This document shows, one piece after another, positions 42,233-50,802 of a stretch of 64,000 nucleotides of DNA (positions are counted from its first letter, which is position 1; the number at the start of each line of letters is the position of its first letter). The position numbers and the translations under genes were made by a program. Source of the stretch: Terriglobia bacterium (lineage in GTDB: Bacteria; Acidobacteriota; Terriglobia; 20CM-2-55-15); the NCBI GenBank assembly GCA_965218585.1, contig CBDCLE010000001.1:206436-270435 (forward strand). The letters are read 5' to 3'. The notes below the pieces were generated by a model. It made no database searches and was not told the DNA's origin. It saw nothing but the letters and a program-made list of their open reading frames with translations.

Positions 42233-43606
42233 ATGGATTTCGCCTTTCCTGTTATCGCTGTGTTTCTGATCGGTATGACCGGTGTCGGGTTGTGGCACGC
42301 CCGGCGTGTGCATTCGGGGGAGGACTTCGCTCTCGCCGGCCGGCGCATTGGCGCGCCTGTTCTTGCCGGTACGCTCACGGCCACCTGGATCGGCACCGGT
42401 TCGCTTTTCGGCAATGCCGAATTTACGTACCAGAACGGAGTCGCCGGATTTTTCCTTCCCGTGTCGGGCGTTGTCGGGATGCTGGTGCTTGCCTACCTCG
42501 CGCCACGTGTGCGCGAGCTACCGGCATCTACCGTTCCCCAGATCCTCGGTCTCCGCTTTGGTCGCGCGGCACAGATCCTGGGAGCAGTGGCTCTGATCCT
42601 CGCCTATCTTGTGATCGTTTCCTATCAGTATCGTGCCGGAGCGGCGGTTGCCGAGCAGATCTTCCCGGGAGTCGATCCCACAGCGCTGCGACTCTCGTTT
42701 GCGGCCTTTGTCATCCTCTACACGGCCCTGGCGGGACTGATCAGTGTGGCCTTGACCGACGTCGTTAACGGCGTCGTGCTTGGCACGGGTCTGCTGTTCG
42801 GGCTTGCGCTGGCGTGGAATGGATGGAACCCCGAGCTCCAGCCGTTTGATGCCGCGCTGCTTGCCCCCTCCGCAGGTATCGGCGCCGTGGGTTGGATCAG
42901 CTTGATGCTGCCACCCTTCCTGCTGATATTGGGAGACGCCAACATGTATCAGCGATTCCTGGCGGCAGCATCTCCCAGGGCGGCCCGCCGAGCTGCTCTG
43001 GGAGCCTTCGCTGCGCTGCTCGTCCTGGAAAGCGCGATCATCGGTATCGCTTTCCTGAGTCGCGTCATGCTACCGGGTCAGCTTTCGAACCCGGCAGACG
43101 CAATTATCGAAATGGCTTTCACGGTGTTTCCGCCCGTTATCGGTCTTCTTCTTGCGGCCACAGCGGTTGCTGTGATCGTCTCGACAGCCGACTCCTATCT
43201 TCTGGCGTGTTCCACCAGCGCCGCGATGGATCTGGGCGGAGAAACGGCCTCACCATTCAGGCAGCGAGTGCTTGTGATTGCCCTTGGAATATTTGCGTTG
43301 CTTCCAGCGTTCTTGTGGGAGGAATTTCTGAGTGTTGCACTCTATGCCTACACCCTTTACGGGGCAAGCCTCACGCCGGCCGTGCTTGCCGCTCTCCTGC
43401 GTCCAGCGACTTCCTCGCGCGCAGTAGTTGGCGGAATGATGGCCGGACTTGGCACTGCTCTTGTCTGGAAACTGTTGCTCGATACCGGCGGGCTCACCGG
43501 CATGTTCGCTGGTGTCGATCCGGTGCTCCCCGCCCTCGGCGCAAACGCCCTGGTGTTGTTAGCGCTGGAAATGATGTCTGGAAAAACGGTCGAACCTGTT
43601 CGATAA
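42233..43606 (+). CDS. Sodium:solute symporter family protein
   Basis: DFALAGR, ATWIG, YT..AGL.SV..TD, YQR, STADS. Confidence 0.9.
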   Translation: MDFAFPVIAVFLIGMTGVGLWHARRVHSGEDFALAGRRIGAPVLAGTLTATWIGTGSLFGNAEFTYQNGVAGFFLPVSGVVGMLVLAYLAPRVRELPASTVPQILGLRFGRAAQILGAVALILAYLVIVSYQYRAGAAVAEQIFPGVDPTALRLSFAAFVILYTALAGLISVALTDVVNGVVLGTGLLFGLALAWNGWNPELQPFDAALLAPSAGIGAVGWISLMLPPFLLILGDANMYQRFLAAASPRAARRAALGAFAALLVLESAIIGIAFLSRVMLPGQLSNPADAIIEMAFTVFPPVIGLLLAATAVAVIVSTADSYLLACSTSAAMDLGGETASPFRQRVLVIALGIFALLPAFLWEEFLSVALYAYTLYGASLTPAVLAALLRPATSSRAVVGGMMAGLGTALVWKLLLDTGGLTGMFAGVDPVLPALGANALVLLALEMMSGKTVEPVR

Positions 43607-43617
43607 GTGTTCGATGT

Positions 43618-44763
43618 TCAGATAGCTTCTTGCTCTGCGTTCTCTGCACCTCTGCGTTTGGCTCTCTCTTTCTTTTCCTCAATGTGCCGGACAACCTCGG
43701 CTGAGGTTTCCCCCGGATCGCCCAATGGAAACAGTTGGACGCTTCCCACCTTGCGATTCAGGAAACTCGAGACCAGGCAGAATTCTTCGTAGTGATGTTC
43801 GGGAGCGTCGGTTGTGGTTCCGGCGGATCGGTGGGCACGGATCATGACCGCTACCGTTTCCTCGATGTCGTCTACCTGGTGTTCTTCAAAGGCGACAATG
43901 CGGCCTTCGAGAATAAGGGCAATCTTCCTTCTCTTCACGGACGCGGAGTCCAGCACGGCGATGAAATCAAAATTCCAGAGATCGAGGTAGGGTTCGCGGT
44001 GATCCTTTCGCGCACGTTCGATGCGGTCCAGGCGACGCCGTAGACGCTCAGCCTCTTCAAAGCGCGTCTCATCGGCCAGCTTCTGGATGCTTGCCATTGT
44101 CCTGGAGACGATTTCCTGTTCCCGGCCCTGAACGAATCGAATGGCGTCGTCGATATCTTCGAGGTAGGCCTCGCGTCCGATGTCCGTATTGCAGGGTTTC
44201 GAGCAGGTACGCATCTGGAAGTAAAGACAGTCCGGGTACGGATCGTTTCCTCGGATGTTGTACTGGCACGGCCGGATCCTGAACGTGCGTTCGAGAGTTG
44301 CCTTGAAACGATCAAGTTCGGACCGGCGAGCAAACGGGCCGAAATAGGCGACTCCGCGTTTGATCTGACGTGCCGCATATAGCCTCGGAAAACGCTGATG
44401 GCGATTGATCTTGAGAAGGTAATAGCGTGGAAGCGTACGCATCTTCCGATAGGTTTGGGGGAACCAGTGTCGCCGTTCGGAGTAGAGCAGGTAGAGAGTC
44501 TCCATAGGAGAATCGGTCCGACAGTACTCCACCCGGTCGGTGATGTTGCGAAGATCCAGCGCGCGCGTCTCGCGAGCTTCGGAATAGAACCGGCCGATCC
44601 GCTCGGCCAGATTGTGTGTTTTTTCGAGAAGTATGAGCTTGCCGCCCACGTCGAAGATCCGAAACACTCCGGAGCAGCGGGGAACCGATGGAAGCTTCTC
44701 ACCCTGGCTCTGTACTTCTTTGTCGGGGATCGTCTGGAATTCAAATGTGACGGGGCCGGCCAT
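43618..44763 (-). CDS. UvrC N-terminal-like (Cho-like) protein with a degenerate GIY-YIG motif
   Basis: YFGPF, FRIRPC...CLY.....CSKPC, UVR domain RFEEAERLR; no C-terminal HhH. Confidence 0.8.
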   Translation of the reverse strand: MAGPVTFEFQTIPDKEVQSQGEKLPSVPRCSGVFRIFDVGGKLILLEKTHNLAERIGRFYSEARETRALDLRNITDRVEYCRTDSPMETLYLLYSERRHWFPQTYRKMRTLPRYYLLKINRHQRFPRLYAARQIKRGVAYFGPFARRSELDRFKATLERTFRIRPCQYNIRGNDPYPDCLYFQMRTCSKPCNTDIGREAYLEDIDDAIRFVQGREQEIVSRTMASIQKLADETRFEEAERLRRRLDRIERARKDHREPYLDLWNFDFIAVLDSASVKRRKIALILEGRIVAFEEHQVDDIEETVAVMIRAHRSAGTTTDAPEHHYEEFCLVSSFLNRKVGSVQLFPLGDPGETSAEVVRHIEEKKERAKRRGAENAEQEAI

Positions 44764-44787
44764 GAGGGCGATTATAACGGGCCGAAA

Positions 44788-44837
44788 GGGGACAGACGCC
44801 TCCGTCCACGGCTGATCGGGACAGAGGCGTCAGTCCC
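44788..44837. repeat. GGGGACAG-family inverted repeat
   Basis: GGGACAGACGCCTCCGTCC ... GGACAGAGGCGTCAGTCCC. Confidence 0.75.
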
Positions 44838-44846
44838 GAAGGGGCT

Positions 44847-45758
44847 TCAGTCAGCGCTGAACGCTGTCCAGTGGGACCTGAGCGACGCCGCTGTGTGCTC
44901 CCGGGCGTAGTCCCATCCATGCTGACCCGGGTAAAGATGGAACTCGTGGTCGATGCCCCGGGCATCGAGGATGTCGTGGAGCTGTTCGGCCCCGGTATAG
45001 AACCCGTATTCGTCTTCAGTCCCACAGTCGAAATAAATCTTCATGCCGTCAAGTGCGGCTTCGGGCGCCATCCCCAACGGATTGTTTTCGTTCCAGAATT
45101 CGAGGTCTTGGGATATGCCGAATATCTGGTCAAAGATGGAAAGGTATATCTGCCTCAGCCTCGGGCCGATCGTCGTGCTCTCAAAATCATCGAGCAGCAT
45201 TGCGCTGTGCGCGCTGACCGAACCGAATAATTCAGGGTTCTTCAGGGCGAGCTTCAAGGCCCCGTAGCCGCCCATGGACACGCCACTGATCCCGCGACCT
45301 TCGCGGGTCCCAAGCGCCCGGTTTTCGGATTCGATCATCGGAATGAATTCCTGGGTGACCATGTCTTCCCACCGTTCCCCGGATACCGAGTTGGTGTAGA
45401 AGCTGTTTTCGCCATACGGTATGGCAACGATGAATTCACCAATTTCGCCCGCCGCGATCATCTCGTCGAGCATGAGGTCGGTGCCCCCGCGGGTGCTCCA
45501 GCGTTTCTCGTTCTCGTTGGCGCCGTGCAGGAAGAAGACCACGGGGTAGTCCGTCTCGGTCTGGTCGTACGAAGGAGGTAGATAGAGGCCGTAAGGGATT
45601 TCTCGGGAGAGGATGCCGCTCGAAAAAGTCTTGTACTGGACGCGGGATCCTTCGGGGATGACATCGCGTCGGCCCTGGCGGAAACCAGGCCGTTGGCCGA
45701 GGAGGGAAGGAAGACACAGGAGAACAACAACGAACGAAACGAGAATGTTCCGGCGCAT
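44847..45758 (-). CDS. Secreted alpha/beta-hydrolase esterase
   Basis: YLPPSY, YPVVFFLHG, GVSMGG, DCGTED, PGQHGW. Confidence 0.9.
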   Translation of the reverse strand: MRRNILVSFVVVLLCLPSLLGQRPGFRQGRRDVIPEGSRVQYKTFSSGILSREIPYGLYLPPSYDQTETDYPVVFFLHGANENEKRWSTRGGTDLMLDEMIAAGEIGEFIVAIPYGENSFYTNSVSGERWEDMVTQEFIPMIESENRALGTREGRGISGVSMGGYGALKLALKNPELFGSVSAHSAMLLDDFESTTIGPRLRQIYLSIFDQIFGISQDLEFWNENNPLGMAPEAALDGMKIYFDCGTEDEYGFYTGAEQLHDILDARGIDHEFHLYPGQHGWDYAREHTAASLRSHWTAFSAD

Positions 45759-45761
45759 CGG

Positions 45762-46145
45762 TTAGTCCTCTTTGGGTACTGTGACTTCTTCCTTTCCGCT
45801 TTCGGACTCGGAGACGCTTTCGTCGAAATGGCGGATGAGCAGCGTCTCGGACGCCTTGTCGGTGAGATCCACTATTGCGGCTGCGTTGACACCCATCGTA
45901 ATGGCAATTGCCTCACTGAGTTCTTCCTGCGTAGCTCCGTACTTCAGCGCTTTCTTGATGTGCCCTTCAAGACAACCTTCGCAGCGAACTGCCAGAGATG
46001 CAGCGATCGCGATCAATTCCTTGGTCTTTCGGTCCAAAACCGAGCTCTTGTAGGTCTCCTGGTAGAAACGGAAATAGATCTTCCGCATTCGGGGTTCGAC
46101 CATGGTATAAGACGGCCATTTTTCTTTGTTGGTTTCATCACCCAT
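45762..46145 (-). CDS. Carboxymuconolactone decarboxylase / AhpD-like protein
   Basis: LDRKTKELIAIA.S....CEGC...H...A...GAT.EE..EA. Confidence 0.9.
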   Translation of the reverse strand: MGDETNKEKWPSYTMVEPRMRKIYFRFYQETYKSSVLDRKTKELIAIAASLAVRCEGCLEGHIKKALKYGATQEELSEAIAITMGVNAAAIVDLTDKASETLLIRHFDESVSESESGKEEVTVPKED

Positions 46146-46214
46146 AAAAGCGTTGCTCCATCAGTCCTTCAGTGCTTCGTCCCTTAAAACAATACGAAAC
46201 AAAGAGAATACGGG

Positions 46215-47973
46215 TTACGCGGCGATGGCGTCAAGGATCTCGCGTACAGTGCCAGTGAGTTCGTTCAAGGGGAAGGGTTTTCGGAGAAGTCCATCAATAC
46301 CAATAGTTTTGATCGCAGCGAGCCGTTCCGGGGCCGCATAACCGGTTGCAACGAGTACCTTGGTGTGGGGATGAAGCTGTCGAATGGATTTCAATGCCGT
46401 CAGGCCGTCCATGACCGGCATGATCATGTCGAGTATGACGAGATCGACATCAGGGGTTATCTTCTGCAGTGCCTCTGCTCCGTTGGAAGCCGTTAGAACC
46501 GGATACCCCGAATGAGACAGTGAGGTTTCCATCAACTCCAGCAGGTGCGGCTCGTCGTCTACCACGAGGATCGTTTCGCCGCCTTCCGCCATCGCTGATT
46601 CGACAATGTCCGTTGTTCTGATCTTGTTCTTGGCAGGGGGAAACCAGAGACGGAACTCCGTCCCTTTACCCGGCGAGGTCTCCACATCGATACTGCCGCC
46701 ATGGCGTTCGATGGTGGCGTAGGCCATGCTGAGTCCAAGGCCCGTACCCTGGCCGCGTTCCTTCGTTGTAAAAAATGGATCGAAGATCTTATCGAGAACT
46801 TCGGGTTCAATCCCCGGACCCGTGTCCCGAACGCTGAGTCTCGTGCCTTCGTTTTCTGCCCGTGTCTGGAACGTGATCGAGCCTTCTCCCTCCATGGCAT
46901 CGCGGGCGTTGACGGCGAAATTGATCAACATCTGGGTCAGTTCGCCTTCATCGGCCTCGACCATCGGTACGTTCTCGTCAAGATCGAGCCGGACCTGGAC
47001 CGTGCGTTCCAGCGTTTCCCCGAGCAGTTGCTCGGTAGAGCGCACGACCTCGTTCAGGATCAACGGTTCAACAGAGGGCGGCTCGTCCCGCGCCATTGAC
47101 AGGAGCTGTCCGGTCAGCTGTGCGCCACGCCTGGATGCGTCCACGATTGCGTCCAGTCTTGGACCACGTTTTTCCGGCGTGTCCCGCAACTGAATCAATT
47201 CTGCAGTGGGTAGAATGATGCCCAATATGTTGTTGAAGTCATGGGCGATCCCGCTGGCCAGGGTCCCGATGGACTCCATTTTCTGACTGCGGACCAGCTG
47301 GTGCGATAGCTTTTTCTGTTCGGTGATGTTTCGAACGATGACGGAGACTCGAAGCGAATCTGCGACGGCGCTGACCAGTCCGACGAGCGTCTGACCGCTC
47401 GAAGAACGAAACTCCGCTTCGAAATCCTGAACCGAACCTTCTTTCCGGACACGCGATTCGAAACGTTTCCCAGCTTCCGGATCCATGAACAATTCCTTAA
47501 GGTCGATCCATGTTTCCGAAGGGGACGAGATGAGGCCGGCCGCTTGATTCGAGTCGATTATCCGGAGATCGGGCGTGCAGATATAGACCGCATCCTGCAT
47601 CCGTTCGACAAACGTTCTGTACTTCGCTTCAGATGCCTTCAATTCTTCATAGAGCTCGATGTTGGAGAGTGCGCTCGAGAGTTGGGGAGCCACCATCATT
47701 AAGGTGCGCTGCTTCGTCGGCGAAATTGACGACGGCGCTTCATCGCTCAACATCAAGAGAGCCTGGCAGGTATCGCGGGCAACCAGTGGGACGAGGAGCC
47801 AGGACCGAAGCCCGCGAGGGAAGGGCCATTCGGTTTCGAGGGTTTCTTGATCGAGATCCTCGATTACGATCGGCCGGGCATTGTCGTTGAAGCGGGCGGG
47901 AAGCACGGACAGATCAAACGACGCGGGGAAGTTCGTCTCACCGAACACCTTCGAGACAGCCTGCAGGTCATAC
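46215..47973 (-). pseudogene. GAF-PAS hybrid sensor histidine kinase, C-terminal part (disrupted by IS110)
   Basis: GIAHDFNN, NARDA, DTGPG, FFTTK, GTGLGL and a receiver domain (DD, D, K); rejoins 49531-49745 in frame to give 657 aa. Confidence 0.9.
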
Positions 47974-48080
47974 GCTATAAGGAAGGACGCCCCTTTGTCG
48001 GCTGTTGCCAGGAGGAAAATCTCCCGACAACAACCCATTCAACGTAGCTGCGTTGAATTCAAAGACAAAGGAGCACGTAA

Positions 48081-49142
48081 ATGAAACAGGCCAAGTATAT
48101 CGGCATGGATGTGCACCAGGCAACGACGGTGGTGATGGTCTTAAACGCAGACGGCAAACTGGTCTGGGAAAAGATCGTAGAGACCCAGGCCGGGCCAATC
48201 ATTGATTTGCTGGAGAGTCTGAGTGGTGAGCTGCACGTGACGTTTGAAGAAACCACGCAGGCCGAATGGCTCTACAACGTGGTCCGGGGATATGTGAGCG
48301 AAGTGATCGTGTGTGATCCCAGACGGAACAAACTGCTCAGTGACGGGTCCAAGACCGACCGGGTGGATGCCCTGAAACTGGCCGAGCTGCTCCGGGCCGG
48401 ATGGCTGCGGTCGGTCTACCACGGGCACGATGCGACGCGGACGTTGAAAGAACTGGTCCGCGGATATGAGACCTTGACCCTGGATACGCAGCGGACGATG
48501 GTTCGGATCAAGGCAATGTATCGAGGACGTGGGATCCGGACGCCGGGCCACGGCGTCTACCTCCCATCGCAGCGGGAACACTGGATCGAACAGCTCGCCA
48601 ATACCGGTGCACGGCGGCGTACCGGATGGTTGTATGAGGAGCTGGATCATCTGAGAGGGTTAAGAAAAAAAGCGAAGCTGGCGATGTTAACCGAGAGCCG
48701 CAAGCATCGTGCGGTGGGGATATTGCAGACGATTCCCCAGTTGGGACCGATACGTTGCGCCTTGATTGTAGCGACGGGGGACACCCCGCATCGATTTCGA
48801 ACCAAACGCCAGCTCTGGAACTACAGCGGTCTGGCCGTGGCAATGCACATGAGTGCGGAGTATGAGCAGGAAGGGAGTCGTGTGGTACGTCGTCGAAAGC
48901 CGATCGCCACGCGGGGACTGAACCGCAACGGCAACCGACGTTTGAAAGGTGTGTTCATCGGGGCGGCGACCGGAGGCATGGGGGCCGAACCTTGGAAAAG
49001 CTACCTGGAGGGGCTCCAGAAAGACGGCAAGCGTAAGGAGATGGCTCGGCTGACACTGGCGAGGAAGATTGCAGCGACCGCACTGAAGATGTGGAAGAAA
49101 GGAGACACGTTTAACGCAAAGAAACTGAACTTGGCGACATAG
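48081..49142 (+). CDS. IS110-family DEDD transposase/recombinase
   Basis: IGMDVH, FEE, KTDRVDA; C-terminal TIPQLGP, RF, YSGL...HMS, GNRRLK, ARK; AAGGAG RBS. Confidence 0.93.
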   Translation: MKQAKYIGMDVHQATTVVMVLNADGKLVWEKIVETQAGPIIDLLESLSGELHVTFEETTQAEWLYNVVRGYVSEVIVCDPRRNKLLSDGSKTDRVDALKLAELLRAGWLRSVYHGHDATRTLKELVRGYETLTLDTQRTMVRIKAMYRGRGIRTPGHGVYLPSQREHWIEQLANTGARRRTGWLYEELDHLRGLRKKAKLAMLTESRKHRAVGILQTIPQLGPIRCALIVATGDTPHRFRTKRQLWNYSGLAVAMHMSAEYEQEGSRVVRRRKPIATRGLNRNGNRRLKGVFIGAATGGMGAEPWKSYLEGLQKDGKRKEMARLTLARKIAATALKMWKKGDTFNAKKLNLAT

Positions 49143-49157
49143 CCGTTTCCAGACTTC

Positions 49158-49343
49158 TGCCGACAGCGCGAGGCATTCGACCGCTCGTCGTCGGTGAGGC
49201 GTCGGAACGGTAGGGTCGAGGGTGAGGATCCGATACGCGGTTGGCACACAGCGCTTGCTGAAGGCCCATGTAATACTCTATCCCCCCTCGCACGACCTGG
49301 AAAAGCGATAGCCCTCGAGGCTCAGATAGAACCGTGGTCGGCA
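49158..49343 (+). ncRNA. Putative bridge/seek RNA of the IS110 element
   Basis: Two internal-loop hairpins. Segments 49232-41 and 49267-76 match the target flanks; 49326-32 matches the donor end. Boundaries approximate. Confidence 0.8.
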
Positions 49344-49530
49344 ATCACGACCCCTTTGCGCTTTTCAGTTTCTCGAAACCACACCACGTTGTGATGAGTG
49401 ATCGACTTCTCTGCGATGCCGGATCAACAGTTCGTCTCAACGGAGACAGGGGCTGGCTGCCACGACAGTGTTGGGTCCGGTGGTCCGCTCGGCGGGGACG
49501 TGTTTCTCTTGACAGCCCCTTCCATAGAAC

Positions 49531-49745
49531 CGCGTCTCATGGCTTCGACGGTACAGGGTCGCGTGCTTCGATAGTGTTGTTTCAGCAATGACTTCCACCA
49601 ACTCCTCGGAAAGCTCGCGCGTGGAGGTGTGGCGACTGATCGCTTCGCCCACGCAGCTCACGAAAGAAAGCTCGTCGATCTTGGACCGGAAGGCCGCGTC
49701 CGCCCGTTCGAGCGCTGCGCTTAACTGAGAAGTGTCGTCCTGCAT
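49531..49745 (-). pseudogene. N-terminal part of the IS110-disrupted hybrid kinase
   Basis: MQDDTSQL...LYRRSHETR joins YDLQAVSK after the IS is removed. Confidence 0.85.
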
Positions 49746-49754
49746 GCGATGCCT

Positions 49755-50564
49755 TTAAACCACCTTGAAGAAGTTGTCGATGTCTTCCGCCTTCGAACGG
49801 AGGTGTTCCACCACTTCGATCCAGTCGTCGGTATCGTTTCCCGTACCTTCGCCGGGTAATCCCATTTCAATCGATCCGGCGACGCGATCACTTGTCCGGA
49901 CGATGTCGGCCAGCGTGGGGGTCTCTCCCTGGGTAGATTCGGCGTGGTGATCGGCAATGGCAGAAATGAAGGATTCGGGCAATTGCCAGCGCTCGGCCAG
50001 CCAGATGCCGGCCTGAAGGTGGTCGACGCCCAATACATCGTTTTCAACTTCATCCCGCGACCCGCCGTCTTTCTCAATCGTTTCGGCGACCTTCGCGTAT
50101 TCTTCCGGAAACCCCGTATCGAGAACGAGCACGCCAATGTCGTGTAGAAGGCCGGCGCAAAAGGCTTCGTCGGCCGATACGTCGCCGCTTCGCTCGGCCA
50201 GGAACGAGGCGGCATAGGCGACCGCAATGGAGTGCTTCCAGAAGTCAGCCCCGTTGTCCCCGTTTGATGTCCATCGATCGATGACGAACGCGCACAGCGA
50301 TAATTGTTTCAGCATCGTGGATCCTATGATGGACACGGCATGATTGAGCGTTCGAACCTGGGCTCGATGTCCGTAGTATGCGGAGTTGGCCAGACCCAGA
50401 ACCTTTGCAGTCAGAGACTGGTCACGCGACACAATGCGCGCAAGCGTCCGATGGCTGCTCCGCTCGTCGTCGGCCGCAAGAAGGATCTTGCGGGCGACTA
50501 CCGGTAGCATAGGCAGATCACGGAGGGCGTAAATGCGCCTTTTGAAGTCAACCGCCGTCGACAT
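49755..50564 (-). CDS. HDOD domain protein
   Basis: LPMLP, DQSLTAKVLGLANSAYY, FWKHS, AGLLHDIG, W.LP, HH. Confidence 0.92.
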   Translation of the reverse strand: MSTAVDFKRRIYALRDLPMLPVVARKILLAADDERSSHRTLARIVSRDQSLTAKVLGLANSAYYGHRAQVRTLNHAVSIIGSTMLKQLSLCAFVIDRWTSNGDNGADFWKHSIAVAYAASFLAERSGDVSADEAFCAGLLHDIGVLVLDTGFPEEYAKVAETIEKDGGSRDEVENDVLGVDHLQAGIWLAERWQLPESFISAIADHHAESTQGETPTLADIVRTSDRVAGSIEMGLPGEGTGNDTDDWIEVVEHLRSKAEDIDNFFKVV

Positions 50565-50685
50565 ACTATTCCCCCCTCTCCGAATCGACATTTAGCGCTT
50601 GAAACTTTAGGAAGTTCAGGAAAACGGGGCATTGAGGGTGTGCTGTAAGCGCTTGATTCGCTGGGACCTGACTCGATTCACCCTG

Positions 50686-50715
50686 TTGACAGCCTCTCGG
50701 CCGATCCAGTACAGT
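50686..50715 (+). promoter_or_regulatory. Sigma70-type promoter of nadA
   Basis: TTGACA-N18-TACAGT. Confidence 0.55.
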
Positions 50716-50763
50716 GATGGATTGCATCCGATGAACGGTCCCTGGCTGGGGTCCTTCGAACCA

Positions 50764-50784
50764 TTAGTGTTAAGCTAACTATTC
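50764..50784. promoter_or_regulatory. Candidate NrtR-type operator in the nadA leader
   Basis: TTAGTGTTAAGCTAACTATTC, GT-N7-AC core. Confidence 0.4.
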
Positions 50785-50802
50785 GGCAGGTATATACGAC
50801 TC

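Larger units (their letters stand above)
47974..49530 (+). mobile_element. IS110-family element, IS1111-like, 1557 bp
   Basis: AC core at 47972-73 and 49529-30; sub-terminal IRs TAAGGAAGG / CCTTCCATA; removal restores the host ORF; long 3' non-coding end. Confidence 0.92.

Noticed and set aside
47972-47975. CGC as the IS110 core or target duplication
   Set aside because: CGC occurs near both junctions, but using it leaves the host kinase out of frame. The AC core restores the frame and agrees with the guide segments.
46215-48038. 607-aa kinase ORF and 102-aa ORF (49437-49745) as two intact genes
   Set aside because: Their extra terminal residues are read from IS110 sequence; they are two halves of one gene.
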